DNA from: Lama glama
Lineage: Eukaryota
DNA: 64,000 nt
Direction: 5' to 3'
NCBI GenBank assembly: GCA_028534125.1
Contig: CM052816.1
Span: 64,048,001-64,112,000, forward strand
In this document: positions 53,330 to 64,000 of the stretch, piece by piece
Numbering within the stretch: the first letter of the stretch is position 1
How the letters are laid out: every line of letters begins with the position of its first letter
Position numbers and translations under genes: made by a program
The notes under the pieces: generated by a model
What the model was told of the DNA's origin: nothing
Database searches by the model: none
What the model saw: only the letters and a program-made list of their open reading frames with translations

Positions 53330-53750
53330 ACACTGCCCACTGCCTCCATCTCTCTGGTAAAGGAACTCTAATTGTGATCATATCAGCAAGGTTCCCAGAT
53401 AAATACCTACTTTCCTAGTCTCTTTTGTACCGAGGGGTGACCATGTGACCCTGGTTCATTTTGACCAATGAAATATGAGGAGTCTATCGGGATTTCAGGA
53501 AAGCTTTCCTGATAGGATGAAACAGGCAGAACCAATGCTACCTCTTCCCCTCTCCTTCCTGCCTTGACTATACATGTGATATTTAGACCTGCAGCAGCCT
53601 TCCTGCACCCATGAGTCAACAAAGGTGAGGACAAAAGGCAATACTCTAGGGATGATGTAGTAGAAAGACAGAAAAAGCCTGAGTCCATGATGGCACTGCG
53701 AGCAGCTAAACCAACCCTAAACCACCTTAGCCCTAGAGTCCATGTTATAG
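53330..53750 (+). mobile_element. MLT1J/K-type LTR remnant
   Basis: ccatgtgacc...ttgaccaatgaaat...ggaaagctttcc...gaaaaagcctgagtccatgatg. Confidence 0.6.
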
Positions 53751-55289
53751 TCCCATCCTATGACAATTTTGAGTTCTGGAACTTTCCTTCTAAGTGCCAG
53801 TTCTTTTCAGTAACTTCTTCCTTGATCTGACTGCACAAGAACATTGGAAAATGGTTTCTAGCTCCTGCTCAGCTCCGTTTGCATATACACTCATACAGGG
53901 CTTCTGCAAAGAGGGAAAAGGGGGCAGATGCAGAAAATTCAAATATGAGCATTTCTTCAAACAGGGGAGCAGGCGAGAGGTGTTCCTGGGCAGAAGTCTG
54001 ACAGGAGCAGCCCACATATTTGACCTCCCTGTTCTCATTTTGAATTGCCCTTTATAAAAGTTCACCACACAACTCTCATTAGAGCCTCTGAGATAAGCTG
54101 GAGTAGGTCAGAGGCAGATTATTTGGGTCATGGCCAATAATACAATATCACGAATCCTTTCCTCTCATCCTACTAGTTCTCTTTTCTTTGTCACCCAAAT
54201 TGGCTTTGGAGCCTCATCTTCCTGGAGAGACAAGCTGGTGATCCCTGCTGACCATGGTTTCTCTTGGCAGCAGGTCTAGTTTGGTCAGTACCCAGCACTG
54301 CTAAGGCTCTCGTCCTGGGAGCCGCCTGCCGCCTGGCCATGCTTCAATTAAGTGGACATCGCATTCCCGCAGAGGTTGTGCAGCTGCTGTGTTCTGCTAG
54401 TATCTTGAAGTCAAATTAGAATTTTAAAAATCCTTAGCTCTTATTCACTGAGTTCCCTCATCTCTTGTGGGAACTGCACCCCTCATCCCCCTTTCACAGC
54501 CCCACCAGCCGCAGGTCTTTAGGAAGGGTGCCGGGGCAAGGGGGACAGGTCCCTCCCTGGAACTGGCCCTGGTCACGTGCACACGCCTTGTTAATGAGTG
54601 CCCTATTTGTGAAGAAAGGGAGGGAAGGAGGAGAAACCAACCTCATTTCTCTCCTTCGATTTGTTTTTTAATCAAATCAAATTCTTAATTACGTTTGGCT
54701 GGAATGAAATTATGCCTCTGAAGAGCTTCCAGATGGAGCTCGGAAAGTGACTCTAGCTGAACTCTGCAGCCATTTTGGTCAGTATGAAATGTCTGCTTCT
54801 GAAGGGGCTGCCAGCCTGGTGGTTTTGTTCCAAGGGACTAAGGACACTTCTGCCCACTCTCCCCTCCAAATATTGCTTAGGGACTTCCCACCTGGCTGCA
54901 CTGGGAGACTTCCATGTTCAGGGGTTTCCTAACACATCCACTGGAGGGGGACTCTGGGATTTGTTATCAGACAAGCCGAGGACCAAATGCTGACCTCTCC
55001 TTACTGGCTGTGTGATACTAGGTGGTACACAACTCTCTGAGCCTCAGTTTCTTCAACAGATCTCTCTTACCCCACCAGAGTACTGTACAGATTAAATCAC
55101 ATGGTTTGTGCAGAAAACTTACTTCTTTCTCTTTCCTTGTTCCCCACCTGCTTCCTCAGAGAAAGTCTGCCCAACACAACTGAAGTCTAAGATGCTGGTT
55201 TTCGTAAGAAACAAAAAACAAAAAAACTTCTGGTTTATGAGCCACTGTTTTCAGGAATTCATGAAATGGGTGGACACACAAGAATGCCA

Positions 55290-55672
55290 GTTATTCTTCA
55301 CAGAAAAAGAGATCAGATTTGTAGTTACCTGAGTTGGGAGGTGGGGGGAGGGGAAATTGGAGGAAGGCATTCAAAAGGTATAAACCTTCAGTTTTAAGAC
55401 AAATAAGTTCTAGGAATGTGATGTACAACATGATAAATATAATGAACACTGCTGTATGTTATATATGAAAGTTGTCAGAATAAATCCTGAGTTCTCACAA
55501 GAAAAAAAATTTATTTCTTTTATTTTGTATCCATATGAGATGATGGATGTTCACTAAACCTGCTGTGGTGATCATTTCATGATGTATGTAAGTCACATCA
55601 CCATGCTGTACACCTTAAACTTACACAGTGCTGTATGTCAATTATCTCTCAATAGAACTGGAGGGAAAAAAC
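55290..55672 (+). mobile_element. L1 3'UTR fragment (laurasiatherian L1MA-age)
   Basis: gagatcagatttgtagttacc...aaataagttctaggaatgtgatgtaca...tgtacaccttaaacttacacagtg...tctcaatagaactggagggaaaaaa. Confidence 0.85.
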
Positions 55673-56356
55673 TAAGTGTACAGCTCGAAAAAGTTTTCTT
55701 AAAGAAATTCAGAACTCCAAGTCCTGGAGTTCTCCTCTCTGCAGCCTTATGATGGGGCTTCTACCACATGAGCATCCTCTTTCCTCTCTCTGGATGCACC
55801 ACCTTACACATCATCTCCCAGAATTTCACTATTTAAACTAAGCAAATCCAATCCACCTAAAGAAAGACAACTGATAATGTAGCCTTTGAGGACACAGGAT
55901 TGATGCTCAGGAATTTCTCCTGGTTCTGTCCTGAGCCCACTAGTCAGGTGGAGGGGGGAGAAGGCAGGAAGAGAGCCTATCTGGTTCTGTGGGGCAGAGG
56001 AAACTAATATTTTAACTACTGACTCCCTAGATGTGATGAATTAGCCACCTAATCCAAAATGGAGTGCACAGCCCAGCCACGTGATCAGGTATATCCAATG
56101 CACAGTGGAGGCCAGCAGGCGGGGAAGATGGCCTGGCATCTGTTGCTGAAATCTGCAAAGCAGAGCAGCAAATGTTTTGACACTCAAATTGGTCATTTTG
56201 TTTCCACGGGATATGTCACCAGGAGCACCTTTAGAACTTTTACAGGGGACTTGCGTTGGAATAAACTTGTATGACCACTCCTTTTAGATTCCCCCCGACC
56301 CGCAGCGGGCTTACCAAACCACCCTGAAGTGGCTCATCTGTTCCTTTGTCTAGGGG

Positions 56357-56375
56357 TTGCCACCAGGAGGAGCTA
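56357..56375 (+). promoter_or_regulatory. Candidate CTCF site
   Basis: ttgccaccaggaggagcta matches TGGCCACCAGGGGGCGCTA at 16/19 positions. Confidence 0.45.
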
Positions 56376-56659
56376 AAGTCAGAGGCAGCTCCATTTTCTC
56401 AGGGAAAAGAAGACAATCAGCTCTTTCCCTTTTCCCACCATCTTCTTCACTCCTCAGCTGAGTGGAACTAAAACACTGTGAAATAATCTTTCTAATCAAA
56501 CATTACGAAAATTCCTGTTGAGTTATTGAGTGCAACATGGAGCTGCTCTTCGGGCAGCTATTTATCTTTGGGTTTAACTCACTGACATTAAAAACAGTAT
56601 GTATATGTACGAGTTCTTGCATTTCAAAAATTCCAAAATGGTTTCCAGAGTGTTGCAGC

Positions 56660-57110
56660 AGATACTGCAGAGTGGCTTACTAGGCACCCAATCCCAACCA
56701 TCTTTTTTCTTACCTTACTCTAACACAGAGACTGAAATGCTGAAAACTCTATCTTCCTAGCCATCTTCCAGCCAGGAAAAGCCATGTTCTGGCCAAGGAG
56801 ATATATGTGCAAGGCACAGGGAAGCACTTCCCCGTCCAAACAAGCTTCTCCAGAAGACAGCTTTTGGCATTCCCCCTTCTTCCTGCCTGGAAGTAGCCTT
56901 GCAAACAGGAAGCTCAAAGCTATGTGCTAAGAATGATGAGATCGAAAAGATACAAAGGAACTGACAGCATTCTGGAGCAGCTATACCAGCCCTGGGCTGC
57001 TCCCCTCCCAACTTTGCGTTATATGAGGGGAAAACAGCCCACTCAGCAGTTGAAGTCTCTTAGAGTTTTCTGTAACTTGTAACAAAACTGATTCCTAAAT
57101 TATACAACGA
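56660..57110 (+). mobile_element. Old MLT1K/L-type LTR remnant
   Basis: gccatgttctggccaaggagat...ccccttcttcctgcctggaa...ttttctgtaacttgtaacaaaa. Confidence 0.5.
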
Positions 57111-57899
57111 TGATCCCACAGAGACAGGAAAGATTTGGCACATTTCTTTTTTCTGGCCTTAAATAATCACAAATTAAAGGGTTAGCACTTGTTTTGGTGA
57201 GGTGGGGCAAAGAGTAAAGAGAAGGAAGAGTTCAAAATCACCCACCAGTTCTCAAACTGGGGTTGAAACTGCTGATGCTGTGTTGCTTGAGTTACAGACT
57301 TCCTGTTCCTTTGTATTGGGGGATTTCTCAAAATTTGATATTTAGAAGACTGTAAGAGACTCAAGTCTCCTGACATCAAAACATGAATGGTTTCACTTCT
57401 CAAACATTTCAGTTGAATGTTTGCCAAAGTTTTTCTCTCAGGGAAACTATTTGCTGAGGTTCTAATATTATGTAAAACGCTGAAGTGAGGCTTCCCCCAG
57501 GGGATTATATTACTATTTAGTTTTATATTTCTTCTGATGCCTCCAATAAATCATGAACTTCTTCAGAGATGTCAGAGGGCAGCCTGCCTCTCCGACTGCA
57601 AATGACAAGTCATGAATAATGCACACAGGTCTCGGAGAGAGGCTCTCAAACCCATAGCCTGCTGCCTTTGGGCTCTGGCCTGCTGTCAGACCCATCCGCT
57701 TCAGTGGAGCCTGGTTTCTGCCTGATGTCAGGTGAGCTCTGCACTGGACAATCACTAGGAATCCCCAGCCATGGGTCTCAGCTCAGAATACATGATTCCT
57801 GGGGTCAGGCACACCATTAGGGAATCTGGAGTACCAAGAGGGGACTGCAACTCCCAAAAGAAAGAGACTACAAAACTCTAGAGAAAGCAGCCAGAGTAT

Positions 57900-58790
57900 T
57901 CTAACCTCAGCTAGACTGAAAACTCCTTGAGGGCAGTCCTGGTTCCCTACAATGCCTAGAGTAGTGCCTGGATCTTAAGGCACTTAAGGATCTTAAGGGT
58001 GGCCCAATAAATACTTATTGTATGGAAGGATGAACATATGAACATGTGGATGATATAAATGGATGGACTTCCATAGGATAATTGGCAGAAAAAGGACAGC
58101 CAGTACATAACATCATAGAGGTTACACAATAATGAATAAAAACTTGTTTATCAAATATCGGGTCAGGAAGAACTTCAAGAAAATAGCAAGACAATTAGAG
58201 AAGGGAGCAAGTATGGCATTACATTACAAAGAAAGCTTTAAGAGCTCACTCACTCAGTTAGGGCAGGCTGTATATGTAAGTGTGTGTCTGTGTTCCCCAT
58301 CCTAATATTTTCATCATCCCTGCTCCCTCCTCATTTTCCATGGAATTCCCAAAGGAACAGTGTTTACTTGCCATCTACACAAATAAATCTGGCTTTCCTC
58401 TTAGTCAGCCTTCTGAATCTGCTTTCAAATATCTCATTAATGATCTCCAAATTGCAATACCTAATATTTTTGTGTAAATCTTCTTCCCAGACTATGTGCA
58501 GTTTTGACCCTTCTGACCACTACTTAAATTCCCCATGTTCTCCTTTCTTGATTTCTGCATCTCTGTGTTCTCTTGCTCTTTCATGGACCCAATCCTTACC
58601 CTGAATTTCTCTGTCATTTTCTGTTGCCTCCTCTGAGCCCACTCTTTCCCATCCACATTCTGTCTTCATCCCCTTTTCTCATGCTACACTCCCCAGCTGA
58701 TCACATTCATACCTACGACTTCAAGAGTCCTCTTTTGGTAAATGACCCCCCATGTGATGTTTTTGGCTCCATGGACTAGACTGGACATCG
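57900..58790 (+). mobile_element. L2 fragments
   Basis: tagactgaaaactccttgagggca...tagtgcctgg...caataaatacttattg, and RT-like tgtgcagttttgacccttctgaccac. Confidence 0.55.
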
Positions 58791-59732
58791 CCATCCACCC
58801 ATTAACTCATCAATTAAACATTTATAGAAACCTTGTTATGTATGAAGATTACTGCTACAAACTGGGAATACCAAGAAAAATCTGACTTCCTTTAAGGAGA
58901 TAAAAGTTTTGAGAATGACACAAAAACAAAATAATAAAAATGCAGGACATCAATTGTCATCAAAGGGAAGGGCCACCTAGGAGACCTCCAGGAGAAGTCT
59001 AAGCAGATAGACTTAGCAGATACATAATAATTCAATGAGTAACTTTTGTAAGGTCAAGGGATGGCAATGGATTTGGTCTATTTGTTAAACCTGAACTGAT
59101 TAAACAATTGGTAAGGGGATGAAAGTAAAGAAAGAGGGAACAATGGTACCTGGTGGTAGAGAACAACCAGCTGAAGGCCTAGTGAACAGATGGAAAGGAA
59201 CACACCAAGATCAACTAGGGGCTCAACAGAACAAAAATGACCAATCATTTTTCAAATTGAGATAGAGTTGATACACAATATTATATACGTTACAGGTGTA
59301 AAACACAGTGATTCACAGTTTTAAAAGATTATATTCCATTTATAATTACTATAAAATATTGTCTATATTTCATGTTGTACATCATTGCAGATTATTTATT
59401 TTATATGTAATAGTTTGTACCTCTTACTCCCCTACTCCTGTCTTGTCCCTCCCTCCCTCCCTCCTTTCCTCTCCTCGCTGGCAACCACTAATTCTCTACA
59501 TATGTGAATCTGATTCTCTTTTGTTACACTTACTAGTTTGTTTTATTTTTTCAGATTCCACATATAAGAAATATCATATAGTACTTGTCTTTCTCTGTCT
59601 GACTTTGTTCACTTCGCATTAATACCCTCCAAATCCATCCATGTTGTTGCAAAGGGCAAAATTTTCATTCTTTTTTATGGCTTAGTAGTATTCCATTGTG
59701 TGTGTATGTACGTGTGTGTATCTCACATCTTT

Positions 59733-60691
59733 TTTTTATTGAGTTACAGTCAGTTTACAATGTTGTCAATTTTTGGTGTGCAGCACAATTCTTCAGTCAT
59801 ACATGAATATACATATATTCATTTTCATATTCTTTTCCACTGTGAGCTACAAGATCTTGAATATATTTCCCTGTGCTGTACAGTATAAACTTGTTTATCT
59901 ATTTTATATATACCAGTCAGTTTCTGAAAATCTTGAACTTCCAGTTTATCTCTTCCCACCCCCTCCCCCCTGGCAACCACAAGTCTGTATTCTATGTCTA
60001 TGAGTCTGTTTCTGTTTTATATATAAGTTCATTTGTCTTTTTTTTAAATTCCACATATGAATGATATCATATGGTATTTTTCTTTCCCTTTCTGGCTTAA
60101 TTCACTTAGAATGACATTCTCCAGGAACATCCATGTTGCTGCAAACGGCATTATGTTATCATTTTATGGCTGAGTAGCTGAGTAGTATTCCATTGTATAA
60201 ATATACCACAGCTTCTCTATCCAGTCATCTGTCGATGGACATTTAGGTTGTTTCCATGTCTTGGCCATTGTAAACAGTGCTGCTAGGAACACTGGGGTGC
60301 AGGTGTCTTTTTGAATTAGGGTTCCTTCTGGATATATGCCCAGGAGTGGGATTGCTGGATCATATGCTAAGTTTATTTTCAGTCTTCTGAGGAATCTCCA
60401 TACTATTTTCCACAGTGGCTGCATCAAATTGCATTCCCACCAACAGTGTAGGAGGGTTCCCTTTTCTCCACAGCCTCTCCAGCATTTGTCATTTGTGGAC
60501 TTTTAAATGATGGCCATTCTGACTGGTATGAGGTGATACTTCATTGCAGTTTTGATTTGCATTTCTCTGACAATTAGTGATATTCAGCATTTTTTCATGT
60601 GCCTATTTGTCATTCATATGTCTTCACTGGAGAATTGCTTGTTTAGGTCTTCTGCCCATTTTTGGAATGGGTTATTTTGTTTGTTTGTTTT
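59733..60691 (-). mobile_element. Young 5'-truncated L1 (nested insertion 1)
   Basis: ORF 60164..60427 ([31 protein letters not shown]...KTWKQPKCPSTDDWI) is the L1 ORF2 C-terminus; poly(T) at left end. Confidence 0.92.
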
Positions 60692-60723
60692 GTATATACC
60701 ATATCTTTATCTGTTCATCTGTT

Positions 60724-61571
60724 TTTTTTCCAACATTTTTTATTGAGTTATAGTCATTTTACAATGTTGTGTCAAATTCCAGTGTAGAGCACAATTTTTC
60801 AGTTATACATGAACATACATATATTCATTGTCACATTTTTTTTTCTCTGTGAGCTACAAGATCTTGTACATATTTCCCTGTGCTACACCGTATAATATTG
60901 TTTATCTATTCTACATATGACTGTCAGTATCTACAAATTTTGAATTCCCAGTCTATCCCTTCCCACCCCACTACCCCTTGGCAACCATAAGTTTGTATTC
61001 TATGTCTATGAGTCTGTTTCTGTTTTGTATTATGTTCTTTTTTTTTTTTTTTAGATTCCACATATGAGCGATCTCATATAGTATTTTTCTTTCTCTTTCT
61101 GGCTTAATTCACTTAGAATGACATTCTCCAGGAACATCCATGTTGCTGCAAATGGAATTATGTTGTTGGTTTTTATGGCTGAATAGTATTCCATTGTATA
61201 AATATACCGCATCTTCTTTATCCAGTCATCTGCTGATGGACATTTAGGCTGTTTCCATGTCTTGGCTATTGTAAATAGTACTGCTAGGAACATTGGGGTG
61301 CAGGTGTCTTTTTGAAGTAGGGTTCCTCCTGGATATATGCCCAGGAGCAGGATGACTGGGTCATATGCTAAGTCTATTCCTAGTCTTTTGAGGAATCTCC
61401 ATATTGTTTTCCACAGTGGCTGCACCAAACTGCATTCCCACCAGCAGTGTAGGAAGGTTCCCTTTTCTCCACAGCCTCTCCAGCATTTGTCATTTGTGGA
61501 CTTTTGAATGATGGCCATTCTGACTGGTATGAGGTGATACTTCATTGTAGTTTTGATTTGCATTTCTCTGA
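60724..61571 (-). mobile_element. Young 5'-truncated L1 (nested insertion 2) with a 170-codon open ORF2 C-terminal segment
   Basis: ORF 61051..61563 ([19 protein letters not shown]...[18 protein letters not shown]...) contains the L1 ORF2 CCHC zinc-knuckle region; 17-bp TSD. Confidence 0.95.
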
Positions 61572-61814
61572 TTATCCGTTCATCTGTTGATGGACACTTA
61601 GGTTGCTTATGTATCTTGGCAGTTGTAAATAATGCTGCTATAAAGATTGGGGTGCATGTATCTTTTTGAATTAATTTTTTGTTTTTTTCAGATATATGCC
61701 CAGGAGTGGAATTGCTGGGTCACATGGTAGTTCTATTTTTAGTTTTTTGAGAAACCTCCATACTGTTTTTCACAGTGGCTGTGCCCAAAAAATGGCCAGT
61801 TGTGATTGATATCC

Positions 61815-61960
61815 CCAGCAGTATGCTGGTGAATGTTTAATTACTGACCACTCAAGAGGAGAAAGCCCCCAATTTCCACCAATTTCTGTGGTGTAAAAAC
61901 TCCCACTGTGGCCAATTTCAAACTACCAACCAAAACACTGCAAACTTATGAGACCTGGGA
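61815..61960 (+). mobile_element. MER63-type hAT-Blackjack MITE
   Basis: cagtatgctggtgaatgtttaa...ccaatttctgtggtgtaaaaactcccactgtggccaatttcaaactaccaac. Confidence 0.75.
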
Positions 61961-63189
61961 TTTAAGGGAGGTGGCAGGGAGAAATGGAAGTAAGCAGTAG
62001 ACTCAAGACACTGTGGTCAAATAAAGAGATAAACATTGTTTCTGCAGATGCAAGACCTTTGGGGGGAAGGTTTAAAAATTAAGTACTCCTCTTGGACCCC
62101 AAATTCTGATTTTCAGTAGATGAGTCAAGCTTTATTCACAGATGCACACCCACACTGCTCCTTCCCCTGCTTCATCCCTAACTCCTGCACGTAGTCATTG
62201 CAACCTACTCAGGGAGGCCACCCCTGGCCTTGATAATTCAGGGCGTGGGGAAGATTAATATCAGATCCATCTTGAGTTCTTTTGAAATAACTGAGGAAAC
62301 ACAGTTAGACATTTCTACTCATACTCTATTGTTGTAAATTTATTTTGAATTTTTTAATTTACTTTTTAAAGTAGGAAATATATTTATATTGTTCAAAATC
62401 CAACATGAAAAATGATGTGGTAAATATTTTTGCTGCCACCTCTGTCCCATTTCTGTTGAGCTCCTACCTGTACCTCACACAGATAATCACCTGACTGTGA
62501 CTGTTCGCAGAGTTTTTTATCTCCCACTATAATCTTCATCAGTTCCTTTTTTGTTTCACTGAAGTCCAAGTCCATTGCAATAGAAATTGTACCTGCTATT
62601 TCCCTCAAATCCAAAGTCTCATGTTTCTTTATTGTCTCTTTGCCAACAGTCTTATCACTTTCATTTTCACTACTCCCCCAACACACATCTGTGCATGAGC
62701 ACACTCACATACAGACTCACACATAGCCCTACCAACCCCATCCAAAGACCACACTGCTTCCAGAGTAATCTCCATCAAGTGCAGCTCTGACAAAGTCCCT
62801 TTGTAGCTAGAGAATGCTGCAAAAGCATGAGTGGCCCAACCCTGGCTGACCCAGCTGACTTTGAGCTCACTCCTTTTCCCATCCACACCTACATACACTG
62901 CTGTCACCTGACCCTGCTGTTCCCAAACACACCATTCCTCCCCACGTCAGGGTCTCAATCTAGTTCCTCTGCCCAGAATCGCCTCTTTTCCTCCTGAACT
63001 CCAGCTCTTTTATGGTAACAAGGATTTCCTTTCCTTTATTATCTTTTCTCTATTCTCCTTCTCAAAGTTTGCCTTGTATTTTTCTTTAAAAGTGTACTAG
63101 GCTATAGGTTCCTTAAATTAAATGCATCTAATGTGAGGAGTGGACACTATTTCGCTTCTCCTGACTCAGCACCTAGAATCTTGCATGTT

Positions 63190-63600
63190 GAGCATGGAAG
63201 ACAGAAACTACTAACTGTTGTCTAACATCCTGTCTCTGCTTCTCTGTTCCAATAATAGAAGGGCTGCTTTTCAGCTGCACACATGGCCACCTAGAATAAA
63301 GATTGTGTGAGCTGGGACCCTGTGCCTAAGTTCTGGACAAAGGAAAGTGCGCCAAAGGGTATGCACGGCTTCAGGGTTTACCCTTAAAAGGAAAGAGTGC
63401 GCCTCCCCATCCTCTGCCCTCCTTTCCTCTGGCTGGAATGCAGATGTGCTGGCCAGCCATGTTGGTCCACGTAAATGTGAGCAAAGCACCCTGGTAACAG
63501 GAGAAGAAGGAAGAGAGAAAGACTGTCCAGATTCCACAAAGCCACCTTCCTAGGCAACTGAGCTGCTGTGCGCGGCTGGGTCTGCCAAGTACAAGAGCAT
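63190..63600 (+). mobile_element. MLT1J-type LTR
   Basis: cacatggccacctagaataaaga...ctaagttctgg...ccttaaaaggaaag...ggctggaatgcagatgtg. Confidence 0.65.
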
Positions 63601-64000
63601 TCACAGTTTAAACAAGGTGCTTAATTCATGTTTACTGAACTAAAGTCATGGACGACGAATTCTACATTTGTACAGGAAATAAGAAAATTGACGAAAATCC
63701 TGCTTCATGTGTTTAGATGGAAGTTTTAGGCAAAGGGCCTTGCAGGCCCATCCCACGATGCCTCTGTCTGACAGAACACTCATGAGAAACTGAGCTAGCC
63801 CCGTGCTTGCTCCACTGATTAAAGGCACTTATCCCAAGATCAAACACACTTAGTTGGGCCAGAAATCACCCTCAGTGGAGGCCGGGCCTAGTGTGCCGAT
63901 TCTCTTTGCCACACACAGGAAAGGGAGTAAGGAATACAAAGAAGAGACTTTCCCCAGGACAGCGTGGCCCAGTGTGGCTGTTTTTAGGCCCCTGTAACCA

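Larger units (their letters stand above)
59247..61785 (-). mobile_element. Older truncated L1 (host; 59247-59732, 60692-60723, 61572-61785) carrying two nested younger L1s
   Basis: Host sequence is continuous across both insertions (gtatctcacatcttt...atccgttcatctgttgatggacacttaggttgc). Confidence 0.8.

Noticed and set aside
56541..56559. Small hairpin agctgctc-ttcg-ggcagct
   Set aside because: Too short to exceed chance in 64 kb; no RNA gene context.
61051..61563. 170-aa ORF as a host gene
   Set aside because: It is the C-terminus of L1 ORF2 in a 5'-truncated, promoterless copy.

Overview
Mammalian non-coding DNA. I could not support any protein-coding exon, tRNA, rRNA or miRNA. Much of the window is recognisable interspersed repeat: ancient eutherian MIR, L2, L1M, MLT1/MLT2/LTR16/LTR33-type LTRs and MER5/MER20/MER58/MER63/MER91/Tigger DNA elements, plus several younger 5'-truncated L1 copies. 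The L1 3' ends look artiodactyl, and no young SINE is visible, so the source is probably a camelid (inference). The unique sequence resembles a regulatory gene desert or large intron: an apparently orphan CpG island (~17.05-18.13 kb) and several repeat-free blocks rich in homeodomain, POU and E-box motifs. The most interesting signal is a pair of paralogous ~170-bp non-coding elements 11.1 kb apart (18181-18357 and 29280-29445). They share four collinear conserved blocks separated by diverged spacers, which suggests an old duplicated enhancer (possible shadow-enhancer pair). Well-resolved retrotransposition events include a twin-primed inverted L1, an L1 inside an MLT1 LTR, and two L1s inserted about 15-20 bp apart in an older L1. 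Repeat family names come from my recollection of consensus sequences, not from a database search, and boundaries are approximate.
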